Origin: Deferribacteres bacterium
Lineage (GTDB): Bacteria > Zhuqueibacterota > Zhuqueibacteria > Zhuqueibacterales > Geothermadaptataceae
Assembly (NCBI GenBank): GCA_020633655.1
Contig: JACKDF010000011.1
Coordinates: 65,827-129,826, forward strand
DNA: 64,000 nt
Direction: 5' to 3'
Shown: positions 40,840 to 49,977 of the stretch, in pieces
Layout: the number at the start of each line of letters is the position of its first letter
How positions within the stretch are numbered: position 1 is the stretch's first letter
Program-made: the position numbers and the translations under genes
The notes under the pieces: model-generated
Database searches by the model: none
What the model was told of the DNA's origin: nothing
Seen by the model: only the letters and a program-made list of their open reading frames with translations

Positions 40840-41889
40840 ATGAGACATATTTCGATTTATTTCATGGTTTATTTCCTGTTTCTTTCCTGTGGTGGAACGA
40901 ACTCGAGTATTCCTCCATCGGAAATTGGATCATTATCTCGTGGGAGTATTATTTACTCCCATGATTTAAGTGATGCTATCACCGATTTTTTGCCTTCTGT
41001 CGTCGAAGTAATTTGTATGATGGATTACGACGTTGAGCATTATGTTTATCAAATTGAAGATGGGCAATATATTATTGATGCAACCAGTCCAACAGGGTTT
41101 CGTCTAGAACCAGGCGCGGGGATATTGAAGGATAAGAAAAATTTCCGTGCATTTGGAGGAGGTCTTATTGTTGGCTGGAGTGACCGAGAATATTTAATAT
41201 TAACGAGTCGCCATATTGTAACGCAGGAAGATACGGTAACTCACTACGTTAAAGAGAATGGGGATGATACCCCAATTATTCGCACTCAGGCATTTCTTCG
41301 GCGTCTTCGATTTGCAATTCGAGGCCAGCAACATTCCTACCTCCGTGAAGCCAGGGTCGTCGCAGATGACAGCAGGGCAGATCTTGCACTTGTTGCCGTG
41401 CTTAAACGTGATAAAGTTGGTGAAGCGTACAAAGGAAGTGTGATCAAGAGTTTTGAAAATGTTTGGGGATCCTTAGCTGTCATTGCTGGTTATCCATCAG
41501 AAATTCTACAGATTGCAATGGGACTGACCTCTGCGGCGCCTTATCCAGGCAATTTTAGTCTTGATGTTAACGGCACTTTTGGGTATTCTGGGGGGCCGGT
41601 TTTTACTTTTGACGAACAAAAGGGATTATCATTTGCGGGCGTAGGCCGTTCCATCCCTGGGAAACATGTTTTTCATGTTGCACCAGACTCCACTCTTCAG
41701 TTTGCCACCAAATTGCTTCCGTCAGATATTTATCACCTTCAAATCGAGGAAATACCAGTTTTTGGTGCAGCACGGATGTATGCTGTAGATATACGTTTTA
41801 TATTGCGTTTCCTTTCTGATGCAATGCTTGAACTTAGGAAAAGTGGGTTTGAGTTAACAGAACCGTTTGAAAAAATCCTTTCAGATTGA
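40840..41889 (+). CDS. Trypsin-like (S1/S1C-fold) serine protease lipoprotein
   Basis: The lipobox is FLFLSCGG. The candidate triad contexts are ILTSRHIV (His), RADLALVAV (Asp) and TFGYSGGPVF (Ser). The track ORF starts at TTG 40774. Confidence 0.65.
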   Translation: MRHISIYFMVYFLFLSCGGTNSSIPPSEIGSLSRGSIIYSHDLSDAITDFLPSVVEVICMMDYDVEHYVYQIEDGQYIIDATSPTGFRLEPGAGILKDKKNFRAFGGGLIVGWSDREYLILTSRHIVTQEDTVTHYVKENGDDTPIIRTQAFLRRLRFAIRGQQHSYLREARVVADDSRADLALVAVLKRDKVGEAYKGSVIKSFENVWGSLAVIAGYPSEILQIAMGLTSAAPYPGNFSLDVNGTFGYSGGPVFTFDEQKGLSFAGVGRSIPGKHVFHVAPDSTLQFATKLLPSDIYHLQIEEIPVFGAARMYAVDIRFILRFLSDAMLELRKSGFELTEPFEKILSD

Positions 41890-41925
41890 ATTTTGCGTTT
41901 AAATTGTGAAATATTATCACTAAAG

Positions 41926-42171
41926 TTATTGCAAGTAAGCTTTTTTTGCTTTATCTTTAAAGTTGGTTCCTTGACTTGGAAGATTATAGGTTTGATCGAA
42001 TCTTATATACCAGGTTTTCATTGATCCGACAACTATTGAAATAATTTTATGCGATTTTTTATAAACGACCAGAGTATTGATTACTTCTTTCTTGTTGTAA
42101 ATACGCATATTAAATAACTTGCATATCCAATTGAAATTCATTATTTTCTTCCCGTTTGTTTGCTTTTTCAT
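41926..42171 (-). CDS. Hypothetical 81-aa protein (AT-rich, may be spurious)
   Basis: ORF only. No motif recognised, and Lys/Asn-rich. Confidence 0.25.
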   Translation of the reverse strand: MKKQTNGKKIMNFNWICKLFNMRIYNKKEVINTLVVYKKSHKIISIVVGSMKTWYIRFDQTYNLPSQGTNFKDKAKKAYLQ

Positions 42172-42183
42172 GGGGGAGATAAT

Positions 42184-42209
42184 GGATCACAGATGTTTCT
42201 GTGATTTTT
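42184..42209 (+). terminator. Terminator-like hairpin 20 nt upstream of ffh start
   Basis: ATCACAGA-TGTT-TCTGTGAT followed by TTTTT. Confidence 0.5.
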
Positions 42210-42229
42210 ATTATTTAGACTAGCAGCCG

Positions 42230-43552
42230 ATGTTTCAGGAACTTTCTGAAAAATTTGAAGGAATATTTCAACAGCTTAAAGGGCATGGAAAAATTAGCGA
42301 AAAACATCTTGATGAAACTATGCGAGATGTGCGGCGTGTCCTTTTAGAAGCTGATGTTAATTTTAAAGTTGCCCGCCAGTTCATTGATGAAATAAAATCT
42401 AAGGCACTGGGTGCTAATGTTGTACAAAGTATAACTCCCGCACAGCAAATCATCAAAATAGTTAACGAAGAGTTAACATCCTTGATGGGGGGAGTCCAGG
42501 TTCCTTTAAAAACAGTACATGTTCCACCTGCAGTTATAATGGTCATTGGTTTGCAGGGTGCTGGTAAAACGACGTTCTGTGGAAAATTAGCTCTTCACCT
42601 TAAGAAGCAAGGCAAGTCTCCTTTGCTTATTGGTGCCGATTTACAAAGGCCTGCAGCTGTTGAGCAATTAAGGATTATCGGTGAACTAACACAGGTTGAT
42701 TTTTACTCGGATTTAAAGTCTACTCCTGTGCAAGTCTGTAAAAATGGATTCAGTCTAGCTCGAAAAGATGGTCGAGATGTTTTAATCGTCGATACTGCAG
42801 GGCGCTTACACATCGATGATGAACTGATGGATGAACTCATCTCGATTAAAACAGTGCTTAATCCTCACGATATTCTATTTGTTGCCGACGGAATGACAGG
42901 ACAGGATGCAGTAATCGCAGCAAAAGCTTTTCTTGACAATATTGATTTTTCCGGCCTCGTTTTAACAAAAATGGATGGAGATGCACGTGGTGGAGCTGCT
43001 CTTTCCATAAAAGCCGTTACTGGTCGTCCAATACAATTTATTAGTACGGGTGAAAAATTCGAGTCTTTGGAGAAATTTCACCCTGATCGGATGGCTTCCC
43101 GCATTTTAGGTATGGGAGATATAGTTTCTCTCGTCGAAAAAGCCCAAGACGCTGTCGATCTAAAAAAAGCTAAAGAACTTGAAAAAAAGCTACGGCGTGC
43201 AGAATTTACGTTCGAAGATTTTTTCGAGCAATTGCAGCAATTGAAAAAGATGGGTCCTTTGAGTCAAATTATAGGTATGATACCGGGAATTAACTCGAAA
43301 GCGATGAAGGACGTATCAGTTGACGACAACGCTCTTGTTAGCGTTGAAGCAATTATCAACTCGATGACATTAGAGGAGAGACGACAACCACGAATAATTA
43401 ATGGAAGTCGGCGACTACGAATTGCAAGAGGGAGCGGAACTTCTGTTCAGGAAATTAATCGGCTTTTAAAGCAGTTCTTTTCGATGCAAAAAATGATGAA
43501 AAAATTTAATAGAAAAGGCATGCATGGTAGAAACATGCAATTTCCATTCTAA
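42230..43552 (+). CDS. ffh: Signal recognition particle protein Ffh
   Basis: GLQGAGKTTFCGKLA, DTAGRL, TKMDGDARGGAALS and a Met-rich M domain (MGPLSQIIGMIPG). Confidence 0.95.
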   Translation: MFQELSEKFEGIFQQLKGHGKISEKHLDETMRDVRRVLLEADVNFKVARQFIDEIKSKALGANVVQSITPAQQIIKIVNEELTSLMGGVQVPLKTVHVPPAVIMVIGLQGAGKTTFCGKLALHLKKQGKSPLLIGADLQRPAAVEQLRIIGELTQVDFYSDLKSTPVQVCKNGFSLARKDGRDVLIVDTAGRLHIDDELMDELISIKTVLNPHDILFVADGMTGQDAVIAAKAFLDNIDFSGLVLTKMDGDARGGAALSIKAVTGRPIQFISTGEKFESLEKFHPDRMASRILGMGDIVSLVEKAQDAVDLKKAKELEKKLRRAEFTFEDFFEQLQQLKKMGPLSQIIGMIPGINSKAMKDVSVDDNALVSVEAIINSMTLEERRQPRIINGSRRLRIARGSGTSVQEINRLLKQFFSMQKMMKKFNRKGMHGRNMQFPF

Positions 43553-43581
43553 ATATAACATAAAAAACTGGAGGATTTGAC

Positions 43582-44070
43582 TTGGCAGTTCGTTTGCGCC
43601 TTCGCAGAATGGGTAAGAAAAAGCAACCATTTTACAGAATTGTTGCTATTGATTCACGCGTGAAACGCGATGGAAGATACTTAGAAAAAATTGGCACATA
43701 TAATCCTATTAAAGAACCTGCAGAGTTTACTGTCGACTCGGAACGGGCGCTTTATTGGCTTGGTGTTGGAGCTCAACCTTCAGATACTGTTCGCACTTTG
43801 TTGCGCAAAACTGGTGTAATGCTACGTTTTGATATGCTGAAAAACGGTAAAAGTGAAGAAGAAATCGAAAAAGCGTACAAAAAGTGGTCTGCTCTACAGG
43901 ATGAGAAACAAAAGCGCCTCGATGCTCAGAAAGTTCAATTAGCTAAAGCAAAAGCTAATGAGAAAAAAGCAGAGCCTGTTATTGAGGATGAACAAACTGT
44001 AGTAGATGAACCTGATGTAGTCCCAGAAGAGAATACTGAAGCAAAACCTGCTGAGGATTCTGTGGAATAG
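43582..44070 (+). CDS. rpsP: 30S ribosomal protein S16 with ~75-aa Lys/Glu-rich C-terminal extension
   Basis: [45 protein letters not shown] start. 162 aa against the usual ~85. Confidence 0.9.
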   Translation: MAVRLRLRRMGKKKQPFYRIVAIDSRVKRDGRYLEKIGTYNPIKEPAEFTVDSERALYWLGVGAQPSDTVRTLLRKTGVMLRFDMLKNGKSEEEIEKAYKKWSALQDEKQKRLDAQKVQLAKAKANEKKAEPVIEDEQTVVDEPDVVPEENTEAKPAEDSVE

Positions 44071-44208
44071 CACTTTAGTCGTTTTTTGAATCAAAGTAAA
44101 GCTTCACGCGAACCAAGAATAACAGCGAATTATCTCCAATCGAAATTTTATATTGTTCAACTGTTAAATAACCGCTTAATCGGAACTGGTTAAAAAGGGT
44201 GGTAGAAT

Positions 44209-44439
44209 ATGAAAGAATTTCTACTGTTTATCGTGAAGCACCTTGTTGATAATCCTGAAGCCGTAATCGTGAATGAAATCGATGGTGAACGCACAGTTGT
44301 ATACGAACTTCGCGTTGGGCCGGGGGATATGGGGAAGGTGATTGGCAAACGTGGACAAACAGCAAAATCGATTCGTACTCTTTTGGCGGCTGCATCAGCA
44401 AAAACCGGAAAACGTGCTGTTCTAGAAATTTTAGAGTAA
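44209..44439 (+). CDS. KH-domain RNA-binding protein (YlqC/UPF0109)
   Basis: GKVIGKRGQTAKSIRTLL is the KH GxxG motif. It holds the conserved position between rpsP and rimM. Confidence 0.85.
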   Translation: MKEFLLFIVKHLVDNPEAVIVNEIDGERTVVYELRVGPGDMGKVIGKRGQTAKSIRTLLAAASAKTGKRAVLEILE

Positions 44440-44506
44440 AATGCGCTTTGGTGGTTGCGAAAGAATTTAGAAATCGATTTTAAGTGTAATCATTGTTGGT
44501 TGTTCT

Positions 44507-45043
44507 ATGCAAAATTCGTATGAAGAATTAAGGATCGTTATAGGAAAAATTTTAAAGCCACATGGTATTCAGGGGGCTGTAAAAGTTTTACCAATGACTG
44601 ATGATCCGAATCGCTTTCAATTGCTCGATAGAGTGGTTGTACGAGATTCTTACACACAAAAAGTGGTTGAGCTCAGCATCGAAGATGTCAATATACAAGC
44701 CGACAGTTTATTTATTAAATTTGTTGATGTCAACGATCGAAATAGCGCTGAAAAATTGCGAGATAATGAACTTCTAATCTTGCGAAACGAGTGTCTCCCT
44801 CTTGAAGATGGTGTACATTATATCTTTGACTTGGAAGGTTTGAATGTCGAAGATACAAATGGGCAATGCTTGGGCAAGATTGATCAGGTTTTGCAATATC
44901 CAGCACACGATATATACGTAATGCAATATCACAATACTGAAGTAATGATTCCGGCTGTTTCAGAATTTGTAAAAAAAATCGAAATTGCGAAGGGTCGGAT
45001 AATTATCAATACTATGCCTGGTTTATTACCAGATGAAGAATGA
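44507..45043 (+). CDS. rimM: 16S rRNA processing protein RimM
   Basis: IGKILKPHGIQGAVKV..., a PRC barrel at the C-terminus, and operon context. Confidence 0.85.
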   Translation: MQNSYEELRIVIGKILKPHGIQGAVKVLPMTDDPNRFQLLDRVVVRDSYTQKVVELSIEDVNIQADSLFIKFVDVNDRNSAEKLRDNELLILRNECLPLEDGVHYIFDLEGLNVEDTNGQCLGKIDQVLQYPAHDIYVMQYHNTEVMIPAVSEFVKKIEIAKGRIIINTMPGLLPDEE

Positions 45044-45720
45044 ATTTTCACATTATTTCCGCGTTTCCAGGAGTATTTGAAAACTTTTTAAATGAGAGTA
45101 TAATCAAACGTGCAAGCCAAATTGGTGCATTTCGGTATTATTTGCATGATTTGAGAGATTATTCGACAGATAAGCATAAAACAGTCGATGATTATGCGTT
45201 TGGTGGTGGTCCGGGGATGATTTTAAAACCTGAACCCATTTTTTATGCTGTTGAAGACATAATTAGTCGATTTGAAATTGATGACCCACGTATTATTCTC
45301 ACCAGCGCCATGGGAAGAATACTCGATCAAACGTACGTCAATGAAGTTGCATCGAATGTTAGCTGTACGTTGATCATAATTTGTGGTCATTACAAGGGTA
45401 TAGATGAGCGAGTCCGGCAATACCTCGCTACTGAAGAAATTTCCATTGGGAATTATATTTTAACTGGTGGCGAATTGCCTGCATTAATTTTAGTTGATTC
45501 AATAGTGCGATTATTACCCGGTGTTCTTGGTGATTTTGATTCAGCAACGAGTGATTCCTTTCAATCTGATTTATTGGATTGTGCTTATTATACTCGACCA
45601 CAAAATTTTCGTGATCTAACCGTACCTGATATACTGCTTTCAGGGCATCACGAAAAAATTAAAAAGTGGCGTCATAAAAGTTCGATAGAAAATACTGGTC
45701 GCCAAAATTTGAAAAAGTAA
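45040..45720 (+). CDS. trmD: tRNA (guanine37-N1)-methyltransferase TrmD
   Basis: DDYAFGGGPGMILKPEP, ICGHYKGIDERV, GNYILTGGELPA and LLSGHHEKIKKWR. The start overlaps the rimM stop by 4 nt. Confidence 0.95.
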   Translation: MNFHIISAFPGVFENFLNESIIKRASQIGAFRYYLHDLRDYSTDKHKTVDDYAFGGGPGMILKPEPIFYAVEDIISRFEIDDPRIILTSAMGRILDQTYVNEVASNVSCTLIIICGHYKGIDERVRQYLATEEISIGNYILTGGELPALILVDSIVRLLPGVLGDFDSATSDSFQSDLLDCAYYTRPQNFRDLTVPDILLSGHHEKIKKWRHKSSIENTGRQNLKK

Positions 45721-45764
45721 AAAATATATAGAGAATTTTAGTTGTTATCCTGGAGGATTTTCCA

Positions 45765-46106
45765 ATGAGTCGTATTGATGCCATAACCGCATCTCAATTA
45801 AAAATTGAATTGCCAAATTTTGGCCCTGGTGATACGGTTTCCGTTCACTATAAGGTTAAAGAAGGCGAAAAAGAACGTATCCAGATTTTTAAAGGTGTCG
45901 TAATTAAACGAAAAGGTGGCGGTATTCATGAAACCTTTACAGTACGCAAAGTTTCGAACGGTATCGGCGTCGAACGAATTTTCCCCTTGCATTCCCCGAA
46001 TATTGCTCAAATTGATCACGAACGTCGTGGAAAGGTGAGAAGAGCAAAATTGTATTACTTACGTGGATTGAAAGGGCGTGCAGCCAGAATCACCGAAAAA
46101 AAATAA
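45765..46106 (+). CDS. rplS: 50S ribosomal protein L19
   Basis: [44 protein letters not shown]...RRAKLYYLR. Confidence 0.95.
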   Translation: MSRIDAITASQLKIELPNFGPGDTVSVHYKVKEGEKERIQIFKGVVIKRKGGGIHETFTVRKVSNGIGVERIFPLHSPNIAQIDHERRGKVRRAKLYYLRGLKGRAARITEKK

Positions 46107-46125
46107 TTATTACCTACTTTATAAG

Positions 46126-46158
46126 AAAGCCACTTCATTTCCGAATGTGGCTTTTTTT
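46126..46158 (+). terminator. Intrinsic terminator of the trmD operon
   Basis: AAAGCCAC-N13-GTGGCTTT followed by TTTTT. Confidence 0.75.
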
Positions 46159-46222
46159 ATTTAATTAATTACAATTAGCAATTACCAGAATAGTTTAAGT
46201 CCAACGACACTTTATTTAGTGA

Positions 46223-47569
46223 ATGAAGAGGCTGAAAGTGAAACGTCAATTTGCCAAAATTATAACTTCGATTCCCGGACCCATGAGCCAAAAATTGATG
46301 GAAAGAAAATCCCATGCCGTGCCGAATGGAGCAATTACAAATATTCCAGTATTCATTAAAAAAGCGGAAAATTTTCTTCTGAAAGATGTAGATGGCAATG
46401 TTTTTATCGACTTTGGCTCAGGAATCGGTGTGATGAACGTTGGGCATGCAAATGAGATGGTTGTTGAATCTATCACTGCACAGGCACAAAAATTTACCCA
46501 TACATGTTTTCACATGGCAATGTATGAATCCTATATTGAAGTGGCGGAAAGGCTAAATAAATATGCACCCGGAAGTTCGCCAAAGAAAACATATCTCGTG
46601 AATAGTGGCGCGGAAGCGATTGAGAATGCAGTTAAAATTGCCCGGCGATTCACAGGGAAGAGTGCTATTGTTGCCTTTGAACATGCTTTTCATGGCCGTA
46701 CTTTGTTAGGTCTAACACTTACTGGAAAAGTATCACCTTATCGTGAGGGATTCGGCCCCATGGCTCCAGAGGTTTACCATTTGCCTTTTCCTGGTAAGGC
46801 TCGAAAACCAATGAATGTAGATACAAATCCAATGCAATACAATGCTGATTTCATCACTGAGCAGTTGAAAACCGTCGTACCGACTTCAAGTATCGCGGCA
46901 TTTATTATCGAGCCGGTACTCGGTGAGGGTGGTATCCTACCTTTTGATAAAACCTATCTCAACGCATTGGTAGAATTTGCTCGGGCGAATAACATTCTTC
47001 TTATTGCTGATGAAATTCAAACAGGTTGGGGACGAACAGGACATCTTTTTGCCATGGAACACTTTGACCACGAACCTGACATTCTGGTATCTGCGAAGTC
47101 GATCGCAGGTGGAATGCCACTGAGTGCAGTTGTTGGTAAAGCAGAGATCATGGATTCTGTTCAACCAGCGGGAATTGGAAGCACATACAGCGGTAATCCA
47201 GTCGCCTGTGCCGCCGCCATTGCCAGCATCGATTTTATTGTTGAAAACGATCTGCCTAAAAAAGCAAACCACATAGGTAACGTCACACGAGAACGGTTGA
47301 ATCAGCTAGTTGAAAAATATGAATTTGTATCTGAAGTACGCGGTCTGGGGGCGATGAATGGCGTTGAATTTGTGGTTGATAAAGTGGGATATAAACCAGC
47401 TCCGGATAGTGCGAAGCGCATTCAAAAAATATGCTACGAAAACGGTCTGATTGTACTCAAAGCCGGTTCTCACAGTCACGTTATGCGTATGTTACCCCCT
47501 TTGACAATATCCGAAGCTGCTTTGAATGAAGGATTGGATATTTTTATTTCGGCCGTGGAAAATCTTTGA
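46223..47569 (+). CDS. Class-III PLP aminotransferase (4-aminobutyrate aminotransferase-like)
   Basis: DFGSGIGVMNVGH, NSGAEAIENAVKIAR, FHGRT, LIADEIQTGWGRTG and SAKSIAGGMPLSA (PLP lysine context). Confidence 0.85.
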   Translation: MKRLKVKRQFAKIITSIPGPMSQKLMERKSHAVPNGAITNIPVFIKKAENFLLKDVDGNVFIDFGSGIGVMNVGHANEMVVESITAQAQKFTHTCFHMAMYESYIEVAERLNKYAPGSSPKKTYLVNSGAEAIENAVKIARRFTGKSAIVAFEHAFHGRTLLGLTLTGKVSPYREGFGPMAPEVYHLPFPGKARKPMNVDTNPMQYNADFITEQLKTVVPTSSIAAFIIEPVLGEGGILPFDKTYLNALVEFARANNILLIADEIQTGWGRTGHLFAMEHFDHEPDILVSAKSIAGGMPLSAVVGKAEIMDSVQPAGIGSTYSGNPVACAAAIASIDFIVENDLPKKANHIGNVTRERLNQLVEKYEFVSEVRGLGAMNGVEFVVDKVGYKPAPDSAKRIQKICYENGLIVLKAGSHSHVMRMLPPLTISEAALNEGLDIFISAVENL

Positions 47570-47574
47570 TCAGA

Positions 47575-48438
47575 CTACTTTTTTATTAAATCCTGAATAA
47601 TTGGAGTTACGATTAGTTCCATCGCTAATCCCATCTTGGGTCCGGGAACGACGATGGTATTTCTCCGGGAAATAAACGAGCCCTCAAGCATCAGTTTTAA
47701 ATAGGTCAGGTCGATATCGTATTCTTTGATTATTTCCTTTTTAATACGAATCACTACCAGGCTCTCATCAGCCGAAGGCACATCCCGGGCGATGAACGGA
47801 TTCGATGTATCAACTGTTGGAATGCGTTGGAAATTAATGTCGGTCCGAGAAAATTGTGGTGTAATGAAATCGACGTAATCATCCATGCGTGTCTTAATTG
47901 TATTAACAACCTCCTCTGCGGTGTATCCTCTGTGTGAAATATCTCGTTGTATCTTTTGAATCCATTCGAGATTTATGATTGGAACGACGCCAATCAATAA
48001 ATCCACAAAAGGTACGACTTCTTCAACGCCACCGTGCAAACCCTCATAAAATAACATATCATATTCCGGCTTGATCTCTTCCCATGGTGTAAATTGTCCA
48101 GGTTTGAGCTCAGGCCAGGCAGCGGCTTCCGCATCGGAATGCAAATAAAAACGTCTTTTCCCACTCCCGGTACTCTTGAAGGTTTTAAAAAGTTGAGCCA
48201 GCTCATCAATAAGGTTGGCATTTTTGCTAAAGTGACTGCAGTATTTACCGACCTTGATCGCTTGGGCAACCCGTTCTTTCATTTCTTTTCTGTCGTATCG
48301 ATGAAAACTATCTCCTTCGATAAAAACTGCTTTGATATTTTCTCTTAACATGACATGACCAAACGCAGTTTTTACCGTTGTCGTTCCTGCTCCCGATGAA
48401 CCGGTAATTGCTACAACAGGGTATTTATTTTTATCCAT
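47575..48438 (-). CDS. prk: Phosphoribulokinase, bacterial class I type
   Basis: AITGSSGAGTTTVK, FIEGDSFHRY, LFYEGLHG, VVPIINLEWIQKIQRD, TDINFQRIPTVDTSNPF and ADESLVVIR are colinear with proteobacterial CbbP/PrkA from memory. Confidence 0.9.
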   Translation of the reverse strand: MDKNKYPVVAITGSSGAGTTTVKTAFGHVMLRENIKAVFIEGDSFHRYDRKEMKERVAQAIKVGKYCSHFSKNANLIDELAQLFKTFKSTGSGKRRFYLHSDAEAAAWPELKPGQFTPWEEIKPEYDMLFYEGLHGGVEEVVPFVDLLIGVVPIINLEWIQKIQRDISHRGYTAEEVVNTIKTRMDDYVDFITPQFSRTDINFQRIPTVDTSNPFIARDVPSADESLVVIRIKKEIIKEYDIDLTYLKLMLEGSFISRRNTIVVPGPKMGLAMELIVTPIIQDLIKK

Positions 48439-48494
48439 GTTTGGATCCTATCGCTTACGAATTTTAACTTAGTTCATTGAATGTTGACTTTTAC

Positions 48495-48545
48495 AGGCTG
48501 TAAATTGACAGATGTGTAATGAAAAATTTTGAAAATTTACAGCCT
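48495..48545 (-). promoter_or_regulatory. Intercistronic hairpin between cbbM and prk
   Basis: AGGCTGTAAATT (48495-48506) and AATTTACAGCCT (48534-48545) form a 12-bp perfect inverted repeat with a 27-nt loop. No T-tract follows on the transcribed strand. Confidence 0.5.
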
Positions 48546-48558
48546 AATTCTTGAAAGA

Positions 48559-49956
48559 TTAGATCCCTAATTTCTCCCTCCAGCCAGGATAAATCGCATC
48601 TGCATCTTTTGGGAAGGATTCGAATGCTCGAGCAAAGGCTTTGTGTTCTTTTGCAAATTCGAAAACATCGGCACCTTGTTTCCAGCACTGCTCCGCCTGA
48701 CGCATGGAGTTGGCACCTTCGACCGGACCATCAATGTGTCCATAAGAACCACCGCCTGCAGTCATGATGACATTGGAATGTCCCATATTTTTAAAGAATC
48801 CTCCAACTCGTAACGCATTCATCCCGCCGGAAATAATCGGTGTGGTTGGATTCATGCCCAGCCAATCCTGTCTAAACACAACCCCGTCCGCTCGATCCTG
48901 TTCAATCATGAAGGCAATAATCTTGTCGCTTTTATCCCCTTCCATTTTGCCATAGCTCATCGTTCCCACATGAATTCCGGAGGCTCCTTGCAGTCGCGCC
49001 ATTTTTGATAAAACGAAAGCTGAATATCCCCTGTTCGCAGAGGGGGAGGTAATGGCGCCATGACCGGCGCGGTGGTAGTGCAAAAATTGGTTAGGAAAAT
49101 ACCGTCGTGCTGTTGCAATTGCCGTTGGGCCTCCAACATATCCATCGATAAGAAATGCAACATGACTGGCAAATTCACCGAATGCATCGAGAATATATTC
49201 TCCCCGGGCTATAATTTCAAAAGGATCATCAGCGGTTATATTTGCTGAGAATAATTTAGCTTTCCCTGTTTTATCTTGTGCTCGTTTCATCGCATCCACA
49301 ACGAGGGGGATAGTTGCCTTCATCGGTGCGAAAACCTGATTTCCCTGCGGCTCGTCATTTTTGATGAAATCGCCTCCGAGCCAGAAATCGTAGGCTGCAT
49401 CAGCGAATGGTTTTGCCTGCAAGCCAAGTTTGGGTTTAATTATCGTGCCAACAATAAATCCGCCGTCAACTACCGGTCGACCCAGCACTCGCCACAAATC
49501 AGCAATGCCTTTTGATGGACCGTCGAACAGGGCTAAATATTTAGGCGGGATATAAAAATCCAGCATTTTTGCGTAAGCGATATCACCCATACCCTGGTTG
49601 TTTCCGATAGCGAGCGTAAGAAAGGAAACGATCATCGCCCGCCCGTCGGTGATGTTGCGGTCGAATAGCTCAATCGGATAGGCGATGCGCATTTCTTCGG
49701 CTTCCGGATTCACAGCATAGACGATGGCATCTACGGTTTTTGTAAAATCATCCGTTGTGCTTACGTCAACATTTGTACCTGTCGATGATTCCGCGGCGAA
49801 GTGTGCTGCAGCGGCTAAATAATCTTTTTGCGATTTTGGATTTGAATAATGATCTGGACTCGGTTTCATCTTGTAGTAAGTCAGGACATGATTGCCGCCG
49901 GAAATGAGGTGCTCTTCTTGCAACTCAAGATTTGTATACCTTGAAGATTGGTCCAT
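48559..49956 (-). CDS. cbbM: RuBisCO form II large subunit
   Basis: [21 protein letters not shown]..., [50 protein letters not shown] (carbamylated-Lys context), [20 protein letters not shown] and TAGGGSYGH. It is colinear with Rhodospirillum rubrum CbbM from memory. Confidence 0.95.
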   Translation of the reverse strand: MDQSSRYTNLELQEEHLISGGNHVLTYYKMKPSPDHYSNPKSQKDYLAAAAHFAAESSTGTNVDVSTTDDFTKTVDAIVYAVNPEAEEMRIAYPIELFDRNITDGRAMIVSFLTLAIGNNQGMGDIAYAKMLDFYIPPKYLALFDGPSKGIADLWRVLGRPVVDGGFIVGTIIKPKLGLQAKPFADAAYDFWLGGDFIKNDEPQGNQVFAPMKATIPLVVDAMKRAQDKTGKAKLFSANITADDPFEIIARGEYILDAFGEFASHVAFLIDGYVGGPTAIATARRYFPNQFLHYHRAGHGAITSPSANRGYSAFVLSKMARLQGASGIHVGTMSYGKMEGDKSDKIIAFMIEQDRADGVVFRQDWLGMNPTTPIISGGMNALRVGGFFKNMGHSNVIMTAGGGSYGHIDGPVEGANSMRQAEQCWKQGADVFEFAKEHKAFARAFESFPKDADAIYPGWREKLGI

Positions 49957-49977
49957 GATTCCACCCTTTTGCTAATG

